From Adineta vaga (Eukaryota; Animalia; Rotifera), in assembly GCA_021613535.1 (NCBI GenBank), contig CP075492.1:12462001-12526000 (forward strand): DNA of 64,000 nucleotides. Direction: 5' to 3'. Shown here one piece after another: positions 1 to 11,321 of the stretch. Position numbers and translations under genes: made by a program. Numbering within the stretch: the first letter of the stretch is position 1; each line of letters begins with the position of its first letter. The notes below the pieces were generated by a model. That model made no database searches. It was not told the DNA's origin and saw only the letters and a list, made by a program, of their open reading frames with translations.

Positions 1-434
1 AAAATCGACGAGTTCGACTTTGTCGATTTGTTTTTGTTTCATTTTTATTTCGACTTTGACCATTTGAATGAAAATCTTCGATAACACGTTGATTAACATC
101 AGCACCATGTTTAATCAAAAGTTGAACAGACGCAAGATCATTGAAAAAAACGGCTATATGAAGCGGTGTTTCTCCTAAGAAAAACATTTTAAAATATGAT
201 TCTAATCCCTAATGTTATCCTACCAATAACTGTTAATTGAGTAGTATTAATATTTGGTATCGGATTCACACCATTTGTTGTTATATCTTTATTCTTTGTA
301 TCATTGTGATTAGTCATCGACAACTTTTCATAATGCTCTGCACGAGATAACCGATGAAAATCTTGACTATTAATCGTCACTGGCCGTCCGAAGACATCCA
401 GCAATGCTGTATTTGGAATTTTGATAGCCTTCAT
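1..434 (-). CDS. 5' part of an ankyrin-repeat protein, probably a TRPV-like (OSM-9/Nanchung/Inactive-type) channel; continues beyond the left edge
   Basis: ORF 434-224 splices over a GT-AG intron (223-175) into an exon reading G-ETPLHIAVFFNDLASVQLLIKHGADVNQRV, a canonical ankyrin repeat resembling TRPV ankyrins. No channel domain is in the window, and the true start may lie further upstream. Confidence 0.55.
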
Positions 435-554
435 ATTCTAACAGGAAATGGTGATCAATAATAAAAAAAAGAAATGATTATCATGTGTTTTATTTCTCCT
501 CGTTTTCAGTTACGATCAAATGTTAATAATGAACAGAAGAAAAGAATTTTTTCG

Positions 555-593
555 CTTCTTCTTCTTCTTCTTCTTCTTCTTCTTCTTCTTCTT
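555..593. repeat. (CTT)13 microsatellite
   Basis: Perfect CTT tandem run read directly. Confidence 0.95.
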
Positions 594-1724
594 TTTCCTC
601 AGCGATTCAATTAGAAAAGTTTAAGAGAGAAGGAGAAAAGACAAAAGCTCGTACCGAACGTTTCCTCTGTCATTCTACCGTTTCCACCAAGATGGGATAC
701 GGAGGAAAAAAGAACGTTTTTTCAAAAATCAAATCAGTGCATTTTCTTTTCTTTCTTTGACAGTTCCATTTGTAGTGCATTCTTATTGGAGATACTTCAA
801 TTAACTTTAGTCTTCACGGCCGAAGTTGTTGTTGTTGCTATTACTAGAAGAAAATACTAAAAAAAAAGAAGAAGAAAAAAAAATCATTTTTATTCGTCGT
901 ACTCAATCGTTTAATTGCTATTGAGAGACGAGAAGTAGGAAAATAATAGAAAGAATAGTGTATCTTATAAAAGTATTGTGAATAAATGATGAATTTTCAA
1001 ATGAAATCAAGATCTATTGCTAGTCTAGGTAATATTTGAAATCAATGAATAAGTCGAATTCTAACTAGTTTACATATCTATTGTTACTAGTCAAGCGAGA
1101 AAAGCTTTCCAGGTGTCAATCAGTCCTTATCGGAAACAGGCGTATATGTGTGAACGTAATGACTTGATAAATGACCTTGAATGATCTGATTTTAAAATAA
1201 GAATTGTTATCCATCGTTGAATATCAATATTTTTTCTTTCAAGTATAGAATTCACAATGTTTTTGTATCCATTAGTAAAAAACAGCTAAAGCTTGTAGAC
1301 AAGTAGGATATTGGAAATGCAAATATCTCATGAATTTGAATGTTAACTGTTGATGGATACAATCAATAGATTAGAAGAACATATATAAGTAGTCAATTGC
1401 TTTTAGGAATGACATTGGAAGATATGGTTGAATCAAATATATTGAAATAGATGGATAATATTCGTTTATATCATTCAAACAAAACGTATGTTCTCGATTC
1501 ACCATCGAGTGTTGATTTAGCTAATATTTAGTAGTTATTGCGTCGATGAACAAATAGAAAAAAAAGTTAAAATTTTACTATTGTCTTTAAAAAAACAAAA
1601 GAAGGAAATCTTTACTGTTTCGAATAGTTTGAATTCAATTGAATAGTAAAAAAGGGATGATGAATATGTAGTTTTAATTTATTTACAAAAATTCTACGAA
1701 TAAATAATTAATTCATTATTTTTT

Positions 1725-3403
1725 TTAAAATCGATATCTAACTTTATCAAAATTACATCGTCGATACAATAGCATAGCTACAACATATACAGAACCAGCT
1801 AGAAATAAGCCTATAAACCAAGCATAGACATAAATTTGATCAAAAAAATTCTTCTCTCGATGCCGATCAAGATCTAAACTTCGAATAAATCCCGGCATAT
1901 TTGGTACAATACCAATAACAAGTGCAAACATAGCACTCCAATTTACCGCTCGATAAGTAAAGATTGGATATGCATCACAATATAATTCTGCGATTTCTAA
2001 ATGACATTTTTTTAATATATAATAATCACCAATCAATATTCCAGCTAATGGACCTAGTAATGCTGAATATCCAATGAGCCATGTAAAAACATATTCTTCG
2101 GAACTGGATAATAATTTCCAAGGCATAATTACAACAGCTAATATACACGTAATTAAACCTCCTATTTTAAATGAAATATATCGTGGTGCTAAATTTGCAA
2201 AATCATTCGCTGGTGAAACGACATTAGCTGCGATATTAACTGATACAGTAGCTATGAGGATACCTATTAATGAAACAATAGCAATAATTATACGTATTGA
2301 TGTAGAAAAAAATCCTTGCGATGGAGAAGTTATAACTGAAAGTAAATAAACAGGATCCCATAAATTTCCTGATGCAGTTTTTAGTACATCTTGTGCTGTA
2401 CTAGTAATAACAATTGCCATTGCACTAAATAATAACATTGTCAAAGGTAATCCAAGTGATTGACCAATAATTTGATCACGTTGACTTCGACCAAATCGTG
2501 TAAAATCAGGTATGTTCAATGCTAAAGTTGACCAAAAGCCGATTGTACCTAGGCGAAACAAAATCAACTCAACAATCTATCTCATTCATATGAAATATTT
2601 ACTTGTTAAGGAAGGAATAAATACAATCCAAAAATCATGAAATGTTTGAAATTTTGATGGACGATGTAACATGGAACCTAAACCTTTTGCTTTCACAACT
2701 AACCAAACAAGAAGAATAGCAGCCATTATAAGAACAATAGGTGCTGCCCAATTTTCAAATTTTTTCACTGTTTCCATACCATAGCAAATAATAATAATAT
2801 GCATAAATAAACACAATAAAAATGTAATCCAACTAGGAATCGATAAACTTAAGAATGTCCAATTATTACCAAGATTTCCATAACTAGGCCAAATAGCGAT
2901 AGCAAATGTTTTCAATGCTTCACCGCCTAGAAAAACATTGATTCCAAGCCACTAAAATATTCGACAAAAGAAAAGATCATTTTACTTTCGGCTCTTTACG
3001 AAATACTTACACCACAGGCAACGAATGCTCGAAGCAAAGCAGGTATATTACTTCCCCATGTTCCAAATGCTGATCGAGCTAGCACAGGAAATGGTATTCC
3101 ATATTTTGTACCTGGTTGAGCAATAAGTAATATTGGAATTAATATAATTATATTTCCAATACCAACTGTAATTAATGCTTGATACCAATTCATTCCACCT
3201 GTGATTAAACTACCACATAAAGCATAAGTTGGTAAACAATGACACATTGAAATCCATAATGCAGCATAATTCCATGTTGTCCATGTTCGTTTGCATGATG
3301 GAGTAGGAGCAAGATCTTCACTATACAATCGACTATTAACGAATTCATTTGGAACAATAGTTGTAAACGATTTCATTTGTTTAGGTAAGTTCACCATCTC
3401 CAT
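1725..3403 (-). CDS. NCS1-family nucleobase:cation symporter (uracil/allantoin/cytosine permease type), 3 exons; candidate horizontally acquired gene
   Basis: Exons 3403-3011, 2951-2603 and 2548-1725 join in frame over GT-AG introns of 59 and 54 nt. Motifs LYSEDLAP, RTWTTWNYAALW, GTKYGIPFPVLARSAFG, GFWSTLALNIPDFTRF, NIAANVVSPANDF and many transmembrane helices. Confidence 0.93.
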
Positions 3404-3542
3404 GATTGTTTCTATATGAAATGTAACGACATTTTTCTTTTCGTTTCTTTTTTCTTATCGTTTGATTTGAATCAATTCGAATTTTATCGTTTCTATCTTA
3501 TTCTGTCCTTTTATTCATTGAAATATCAAAGATATTTTGTCA

Positions 3543-3555
3543 TGCCCTGAGGGCA
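3543..3555. promoter_or_regulatory. GC-rich palindrome TGCCCTGAGGGCA, AP-2 (TFAP2)-type site, about 140 bp upstream of the NCS1 ATG
   Basis: Perfect inverted repeat TGCCCT-G-AGGGCA in a very AT-rich intergenic region; matches the GCC-N-GGC AP-2 palindrome class as I recall it. Confidence 0.45.
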
Positions 3556-3944
3556 CGGCTTGTTCATCTTCAATTTATTAATCATCATGTAGAGAATATA
3601 GTAGAACGGTTAGTTTTACTTTTTCTCTTTGTTCATTCGATTTCACATATGAGAGTAAACGAAATAAACTCTTTGTTATAATGAAAGAATTTTCAAAACA
3701 TATGACAAAAGATAGATACAAATTGTTATCATGTGTGATTCATCGAGTGATTATTTATAAATAGAAAAAAAGATATATGTTCGATTTGTTTCAATGAATG
3801 ATGTGTGCAGCTAACTTAATGTTTTCTATATCAGTTGTAAAATAGAGGACGCTAATTTTATAATAGTGATTCAATCATTTATTTATTCTTTCTACGATAC
3901 GATTTATTTATGAAAAGAAAAAGAAATGGATTACATAGAAAGTT

Positions 3945-4895
3945 TTAGATCGTTACTGGAACAGGATAGATTGGTTGTTCTCCATTCATTACACGTAAAA
4001 TATCTTGAATCGCCTTTGTACGTAGTGCACATTCCGATTCTCGAGTATACCACGCTGCATGTGGAGTTAATTGAATACGATCAAGTTTAATTAGTTCTGA
4101 ATCAATGTTTGGTTCATCTTCCAATACATCAAGAGCAGCATAAGAAATTTGACCATTTCTTAATGCTTCTACAAGTGCTTGAGTATCAACAAGTCCACCA
4201 CGACTAACATTAATTAATATAGGTTTTCGTTTCATACGTTTAATAGAATCGGATGAAATAAGATGATGATTTATTGCTGTCAGTGGAATATGAAGTGATA
4301 TAATATCACATTGATCATAGATTTGATCAATTGAAGTACAATTTGAAGGTATGAATGGATCATAGGAGAATATTTGTTTAACAAATGATTTCATTTTAGT
4401 CGCAAAACAGGATCCAATACGACCCATTCCAATAATTCCTAAATTTAATGTACTTAAACTATGTAAACAATCACCAGGTATTTCGTGATGCCAAATCTTT
4501 TTTTCAATAATTGTTCGATGATATAATGAAAGACGACGATGTGCAGCAAAGACAAGAGCAACTGCATGATCGGCAACTTCATTTGTACCATAATCAGGTA
4601 CATAACAAACAGTAATATTACGTTGTAGACATGTTTTAACATCGATAATATCAAAACCAACTCCTAAACGAGTAATAATACGACATGAAGATGAAATATG
4701 TTTGACAACATCCGCTGTAATTGCTGTATCAGTTGTAATAATTGCAATAACAAGCGGATTAGATACGTATGAAAGAAGATCAGTGTCATCATGAACTACA
4801 ATAAGTTCATAGGATGTTGAAGCTAGAAGATCATGCTCAATGGAAAAATCTGTAATACCCGTTTTAAGAAAGAGAATTTGTTGTTTATCTTTCAT
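3945..4895 (-). CDS. D-isomer-specific 2-hydroxyacid dehydrogenase of bacterial CtBP-like type, intronless, 316 aa; candidate HGT
   Basis: RLGVGFDIID, YVPDYGTNEVADHA, Rossmann GIIGMGRIG with downstream YDPF (NAD-type Asp), catalytic R (VSRG), E (LEDEP) and H (TPHAAW). Lacks the metazoan CtBP N-terminal segment and C-terminal tail. Confidence 0.9.
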   Translation of the reverse strand: MKDKQQILFLKTGITDFSIEHDLLASTSYELIVVHDDTDLLSYVSNPLVIAIITTDTAITADVVKHISSSCRIITRLGVGFDIIDVKTCLQRNITVCYVPDYGTNEVADHAVALVFAAHRRLSLYHRTIIEKKIWHHEIPGDCLHSLSTLNLGIIGMGRIGSCFATKMKSFVKQIFSYDPFIPSNCTSIDQIYDQCDIISLHIPLTAINHHLISSDSIKRMKRKPILINVSRGGLVDTQALVEALRNGQISYAALDVLEDEPNIDSELIKLDRIQLTPHAAWYTRESECALRTKAIQDILRVMNGEQPIYPVPVTI

Positions 4896-5628
4896 TGTAG
4901 TATATTAGTAAAAAAATGTTTTTGGTATGAGTTGTTCTTTTGAAAAGATCATAAAAATGAATCTTTTGATTGAGTTGTTATTAATGACCTTATCGAGAGA
5001 AGAGATCAGATAAATTCCTGTACATGTGTTCGCATGATATTTCAATAATTATATACTAAATATAAATTTACTATCGGTCTAAAGATCAGTGCATTATCTA
5101 AGATTCAGTTAGACCCATGTTTTATACCTTTTATTTAGAATGCGCAGTTATATAAACAAATACGAACATCCCGATACAAAAAAAAAGACACTTGGTTAAA
5201 AAAATCGTTTATGAAAGTATGGAAAAACAAGTTCAGATTAATTAACAATTTGTATAGATGAACGGAAAGAGAAAAAAAAATATTAGTTTGATCAATGAAA
5301 TGATTATAATACAAAAGAGAGAAAAGAAATTTACACCGGCATATCGGAGTAAAGCAGATCGTTTATCTTTGTCACAGGTGGAGACATAAATGAAAAAGTC
5401 TATACTAGTAAGAAATAATTGCTGTAGAATAGAAAATTTATCTCTTATTATTTGTAATTGATCTTCATGTTTCCATTCTAAAATGAAACATGAATTCGAT
5501 TATTTAAAAACAGCAAATAACAAAAGCAAAACAAAAATAAATAAATAAATCAAGCAGGTATGATATTTCATATGAAATAATAATAGCAGCAGGTCATTAC
5601 TGGGATGCAGCAAAAGCATTTTATGATA

Positions 5629-8600
5629 TCAATATCGTTTGGAAACACTGCCTACTTGAAGAATGGAAGGGCATTGTTCAACAATTTTAACAAGTAAACC
5701 ATCTGTATATTGTTCCAGATCTTTCACACGAGTATCACGTTTCTTTATTAGATCAGTTTGATATGCAATGACATGAAGAAGTTCCTTTTAAAGAGAATAA
5801 AATTATGTATAAACGATATTATAACACGACAAATATCATACTTCACGGTCAAGATAATCAAGTTCTTGACGAACCTTTGGATTTACTACTACACTTTTCA
5901 CATCTGGATAACCAAGTACATTCAAACCATTAGTAGCTGGTTTTTTCGATGGTGGAAGTGGAGCTGAATCTAAATACATATTGTTTTGTTTTAACAAGAT
6001 GATAATTGATTTCTAGGAAATATTTTAACTGCATACTTTTGCCTGTTGGTTCAAAAACAATATCTGGTAACATAGTATTTTTCTTTTGAGTTAATGGTGT
6101 TTGATTGTATACATTGGAAGATTTATTATCGGGCTAAATAGAATACAATGAAGATTTCTATCAATTACATATTCATCTGTGTATTCTCGTCATCTAGAAA
6201 ATCTATTCGACTAAGGTTACCTCGAAAAATGATGGTTGCATTATATCATGTGTCGGTTGTATTTTACGTCTAACAGAAGAACGCATACTGGATACTCGCT
6301 AAATAAAATTAGGTGTTTCGTTTTACAAAGAAGAAGTTTTTGAATAGGAAAATGCACCGTACACATACATACATACATACAAACAATAAAGCAACAGAAA
6401 GAGAGAAGAAGAGAGTAAATGTTAAAAGTCTTATTGAAATCAAAATTAGGAAAGTCATATGTAAATGAATGTATGTATGTATGTGTGTGTGCATTTTCCT
6501 ACGATAGTGATTACCTCTAATTTGCCGATGATTTCATCGATATCATCATCCGTAGAATTATGTTTGTCTTCAGATTCTTGTCGAGAAGGTAGAGCGCTAA
6601 TAGACGTAGCAGTTGTATCGTTTTTGGTCGATACGGAAGCAGATGGTGTATAGATATTATCCGATAGAGTAAGTTTAGAACGATCTTCATCTTTTGATGG
6701 TTGAGTTGTTTTCGAAGGTTGAAAGACAGGTGCCGTTCGTTTTGGTTTCTTTTCTTCGATTGTTTTTTGTTGTTGTTGTTGTTGTTTCGTTTTATTAAAA
6801 TAGTTATCAAAATTAATTTCTTCTTCAATTTGCTGTTTTGAACTGAAAAAACTTTCATCCGCATCTTGCTGTTCTTTTATTGTTGATAGACCAAAAAATG
6901 AATCCGCAATTTCATTATCTTTCGATTTATTTTGTGAAGATTTATATTCATTTATTGAATCAAATGCTGCTTCAATATCATCACCTGTTACGGATGAATT
7001 TCGAGTATGATCTGTTAATACGGGTGAATCTGAATTTGGTCTAGTTGTAATGATTGTTGGTACAGATTTTGCTGGTGGTGATAATGTTTCTTTTACTCGT
7101 CGTTGTTTTGGAGTCTTTTTCCATGAGAAATCATCATCAACAGAAACTTCATGTTGCACTTGTTGTGGCCGTTCAGATGGTAATGGTGCTGATGCATCAT
7201 CACCGCCATACATCGATGCCGAATCGAGTATAGATGACGTTTCATAATCAGATGTAACGGAACGACGCGATGAATATGGTGTGACACTATCCAACGTTGT
7301 ACCAAGGCCACTAGTACTCGTCGGAGCACGTGATTTCTGTTAAAAATACGTTTGTTCTTTTTTTTGTACTCAAAAGAAACAATGGAGGATTTCTGCCAAA
7401 GAAAACCCACTCACACATACATACATTTACTCTACAGTCAAAAGGATTTAGCGCAAAAGAAAGCAAACTTCAATAGCTACCTGTCTAGAACATTGACCTT
7501 GTCCTCTTTCCCCCCTCCTCCAAAACGAATACACTTAAATAGAATAAAAACTATGAACTTACCTTTCTCGGTTGTTCGGTTGTATTATTATTGAATGACA
7601 TACTATTCAACGACATGTGTGAACCAGAAAATGATGTTGTCTAAAAAAATTGAATATTAGATACGCAAAATTCTTCATTTTCGATAGAATACAATTTCAC
7701 TTACATCAGATATCGAATCTTCAAGAAAATCACGTCCATTGCCATCTTCACCACCACCAAGTCGGCGACGTTGATCACCTAACTAAAATAATATCACAAT
7801 CTTTTAAAATGTCTATGTAGAAATATTCAACCTACTTGATTTTCACCAGTATATTTCTCAGATTTACGATGCTTTGAAGCTGTTTTTAATTTATCACCTA
7901 AAGAAAACTCTTCAGTAATTTCCTCATATTTCAATCTAATCTTTTTTTCTTACCTAAGGAATGTTTTATATCTTTCAAAGATAAATGTTTTTTCTTTGTA
8001 GCTAAATCTAATACACTTCCCGTTGTATTATTCTTTGAATAAAATTGTAATGTAACATTAATTTCACCACGATCTTTATCGACTCGTCCTTCTTTATTTG
8101 CTAATGGATACCAACTGAAAAAAGACAATCTTGTTCGAATTATTCTATTTTAAAGCTAAAGCTTTTCTAACTTTGTATGAATACGATCATAATCTTGTAA
8201 ATCACGTAATGGTACATAGGCACGTCCGATGAAATCTCCTTTTGACAAAGAACTTTTATTACTATGATAAACAGTTAATTTGATTGTTGCATCATCAACA
8301 ACTGGCCTAGAACGTATATATATTTATCTTCGATTTAAAAAAAAGTATTATCTCTTATTTCATCTTACATATCGCATTGCTCATGCCAATCAGGTGTAGT
8401 ACACTTTTCACGCACAGCAGTGGCAAATTTCTCTTTTCCCATACCAATCGTACAAAATGCATCTGGTCCTGTTAAATACAAGGAACGTCTGCTGAATTTA
8501 TTGTCTATATGATACTCACCGCCATTTTTTCCTTTATCCGGTAAATTTCGTGCTTGATTAACTATTAAACAAAAGGATAAATGTTGAAAACAATCAAAAA

Positions 8601-8655
8601 TTGCTTTCTTACCAGTACAACTGCAATAATTTGGAGTTAACATTAATCTTGACAT
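5629..8655 (-). CDS. RAB11FIP: Rab11 family-interacting protein, class I (Rip11/RCP-like): C2 domain plus C-terminal Rab11-binding domain; multi-exon
   Basis: N-terminal exons give LTPNYCSCT-VNQARNLPDKGKNG-GPDAFCTIGMGKEKFATAV and WYPLANKEGRVDKDRGEINVTLQF (C2). Last exon ELLHVIAYQTDLIKKRDTRVKDLEQYTDGLLVKIVEQCPSILQ matches the FIP RBD. Stop at 5629-5631. Confidence 0.88.
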
Positions 8656-9355
8656 GATGATTTTTTACAAGAATCTTAAAGAATATAATCGAAAAAATAA
8701 CCTTACGTTAAATTACTCAGCATTTATACTTTTACAACTGACGCATCTCTAACAACAAAACATCACGAAAAGAACGAAGAAAGGAAAAGAAAAAGAAAAT
8801 TTTTTCTTGCTCTCTCTCTCTCTCTTTTTCTTTTTCTTTCTTTCTGTCTATTCACTTAATCAAGTTGCCCGCCGTCGTAAACTGAAGACATAAATAAAAA
8901 AAAGGATATGTTTAGTGAGCAAACATTTGATGACGAAAAGAGAAAGGCCTGATCAACCGACACAAGTATGTACTTCTTTCTTTTCTTATATCATCTCCAA
9001 AATTCAAAACGTTTTTCTTTCTGTAGGAAAAAAGGTAATGCAAAGAAATCAATAGATGAATCATCTTTCTCTCACATAGACGTAACAAAATAAAAATAAT
9101 ATTCATAACGAATATTCAGGTGGGAAATTAAAAACACCTTCGATTTTCAATGACAAACAAGGCATAGCACGATAGTTTAACTATTGTCGAACGTCATAGG
9201 TGATTGAGTGAGACGTGTGTCCTTCGACTAGAATCAATTATCGAACGTGCAAAGCAAGGAGACAAAATGGATGAAACTTAACACATTTTTGTTTATCCTT
9301 GCTTTTTTAATGACACTCAATCTGTTTGTATTCTTTATTCATTTATTCAAGTGAA

Positions 9356-11321
9356 TTATGAAGGCATAAAATGGTGAGAATCACGTGGAAACATTGACAC
9401 GTCTCGAATATTTCGCACACCTAAATAACCCATGACCACACGTTCTAAACCAATCTTAGCGCCAGCATGTGGTGCACAACCATAACGAAAGGCTTCAATG
9501 TATGATCTTATCTCATCTGTATCGATATGATGATGTTTAACACGTTCGAGTAATAAATAAACATCTAATGATAAAGGAAAATAGTTTGGATATGATTGGA
9601 TTTATTATCAATATGATACCATGAATACGTTGCGAGCCAGAAAGGATTTCTTCACCACGCATGAACATTTGATAGCTGTTCGAAAGTGTCTATTCGTAGA
9701 ACAAAATAGAGTACATAATAAAGATTGTAAATGTTAATCAATATTTACTGCATTTTGAGGATCTGGCATTGTATAAAATGCTTGATTACTTAATGGATAT
9801 TTGTTAAGAATATAAAAATCTGTATGGTACTAGAACAACGAACAATCTTAGGTCAAGGACAGATGGAAAGATAAATTCACTTTAGTTCTAACTATTTGAC
9901 CTAATTTTTCTTGTTCTAAAACATTTAATTCATCATTGAAAAACGTTCCAGTTTCATTTTTAGCTAATAATTTAATAGCATCTTGAAATTCTAAACGTAA
10001 ACTAAGAAAGCGAGATGGTTTATTTTCAAATAGAAATATTCTTTCAATTATACGTTGGTTTCAGATATTGAAATGGTTTACAATTATACAATTTGAGTAT
10101 TTCCATCTCCTTTGTGAATCTACAGAAAGCAACTCTTCATCACAATAATCAAATGATTTTCGCTAACCGTTGAGTTAGTTCTTCAAAAATTTGTACGAAC
10201 AAGTCTCCGAGAATATCTAATACTTCATGATAATGGTATTGAAATGACATTTCAAGATTAAGGCCAATAAATTCCGTTAAATGTCGTCTGGTACGACCAC
10301 CAAAATATCGAAATGCTAAATATAAATCAATATTGCTAGAGCTAAATTTGATCTTTAATCGGTAGTCTTTTACCGGTTCCAATAGTATAAACCTTTTCAA
10401 AATCAGCTGCTATAGCCATTTGTGTGTGGAATTGTGATGAAGGAGCTAGATATACTTTTGAATCGAAGTAAGGCATATAAAAGACATTTTTATTACGTTC
10501 TGATGGTGCTAGCCAACAGGAAGATTCATTATTATAAACTATAAGAAGAATATTTTCCTACCGAAAAGTATCTTGGGTGTATGAATTTCAATAAAACCTT
10601 TTGCATCAAGTATTTCATGAAATAACTTACAAATACCTGCTTGTATTCGAAAGATAGCTTGAGGGACTGGAGTACGTCTGCATATATGTACAATATTTCG
10701 ATCTTTATGAAAGAGGTACATTTACTTACAAATCGGTTACACGATTATTATATTGTGTAAATATATTATGAAGCGATTTTCGTTGATCTTCTTCGAAGAA
10801 AACAGGGCAAAATGTAGCATAATTCACAATAAAAAACTGTATAGAAAAAATACAAATATAGAAATTTCTCACAATCAACAAGAGTACCTTTTTCACATGT
10901 AATTCCAGATTTTTTTGTGTATTTAATTCAGTCGAAACAGGATTATTAGCTACTTCACCTTCTACATCAACTATACTCTCCCGTGTTGTACTAATCAAAG
11001 AAAGTTCAGATATTTTATTCTTCATATTAAATTGATCGTTTACTTAGCTACAAATTTTATCATTGATTTACTAACATCTTCATTGACAGAAAGAACAGCT
11101 GTCATTGTTTCTGTTTGGCTTCGAAGAGTTATAAAAGCTCGTTTACCATGATTACGAATCAAATGAATACGACTACGAATCCATATGACTTGTCCCAACA
11201 ATGTTTCATTTATATCCCGCATTGAAACCAATGAATGACTGAGCTGTTCTTGGCATTGAATGTATGATCTTATACCATAATTTTCTTTTGCATAATCATC
11301 TTCAGTAGATGTCGAAACCAT
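9356..11321 (-). CDS. Divergent paralog of cytoplasmic aspartyl-tRNA synthetase (DARS-like): intact frame, altered catalytic motifs; about 10 exons
   Basis: Spliced product is colinear with eukaryotic AspRS: OB-fold ([11 protein letters not shown]...ESIVDVEG...LELHV), motif 1 ([10 protein letters not shown]), [24 protein letters not shown], motif 3 (IGLERV) and SMFPRD. All junctions are GT-AG and in frame. Stop at 9356-9358. Confidence 0.9.

Noticed and set aside
3945-4895. Assignment as the animal transcriptional corepressor CtBP
   Set aside because: Lacks the metazoan CtBP N-terminal PXDLS-binding segment and C-terminal tail and is intronless; fits the bacterial CtBP-like dehydrogenases better.
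9356-11321. Assignment as AsnRS, mitochondrial AspRS or a pseudogene
   Set aside because: Backbone motifs ([27 protein letters not shown]) are of the eukaryotic cytoplasmic AspRS type, there is no GAD insertion, and no disabling mutation was found in any exon.
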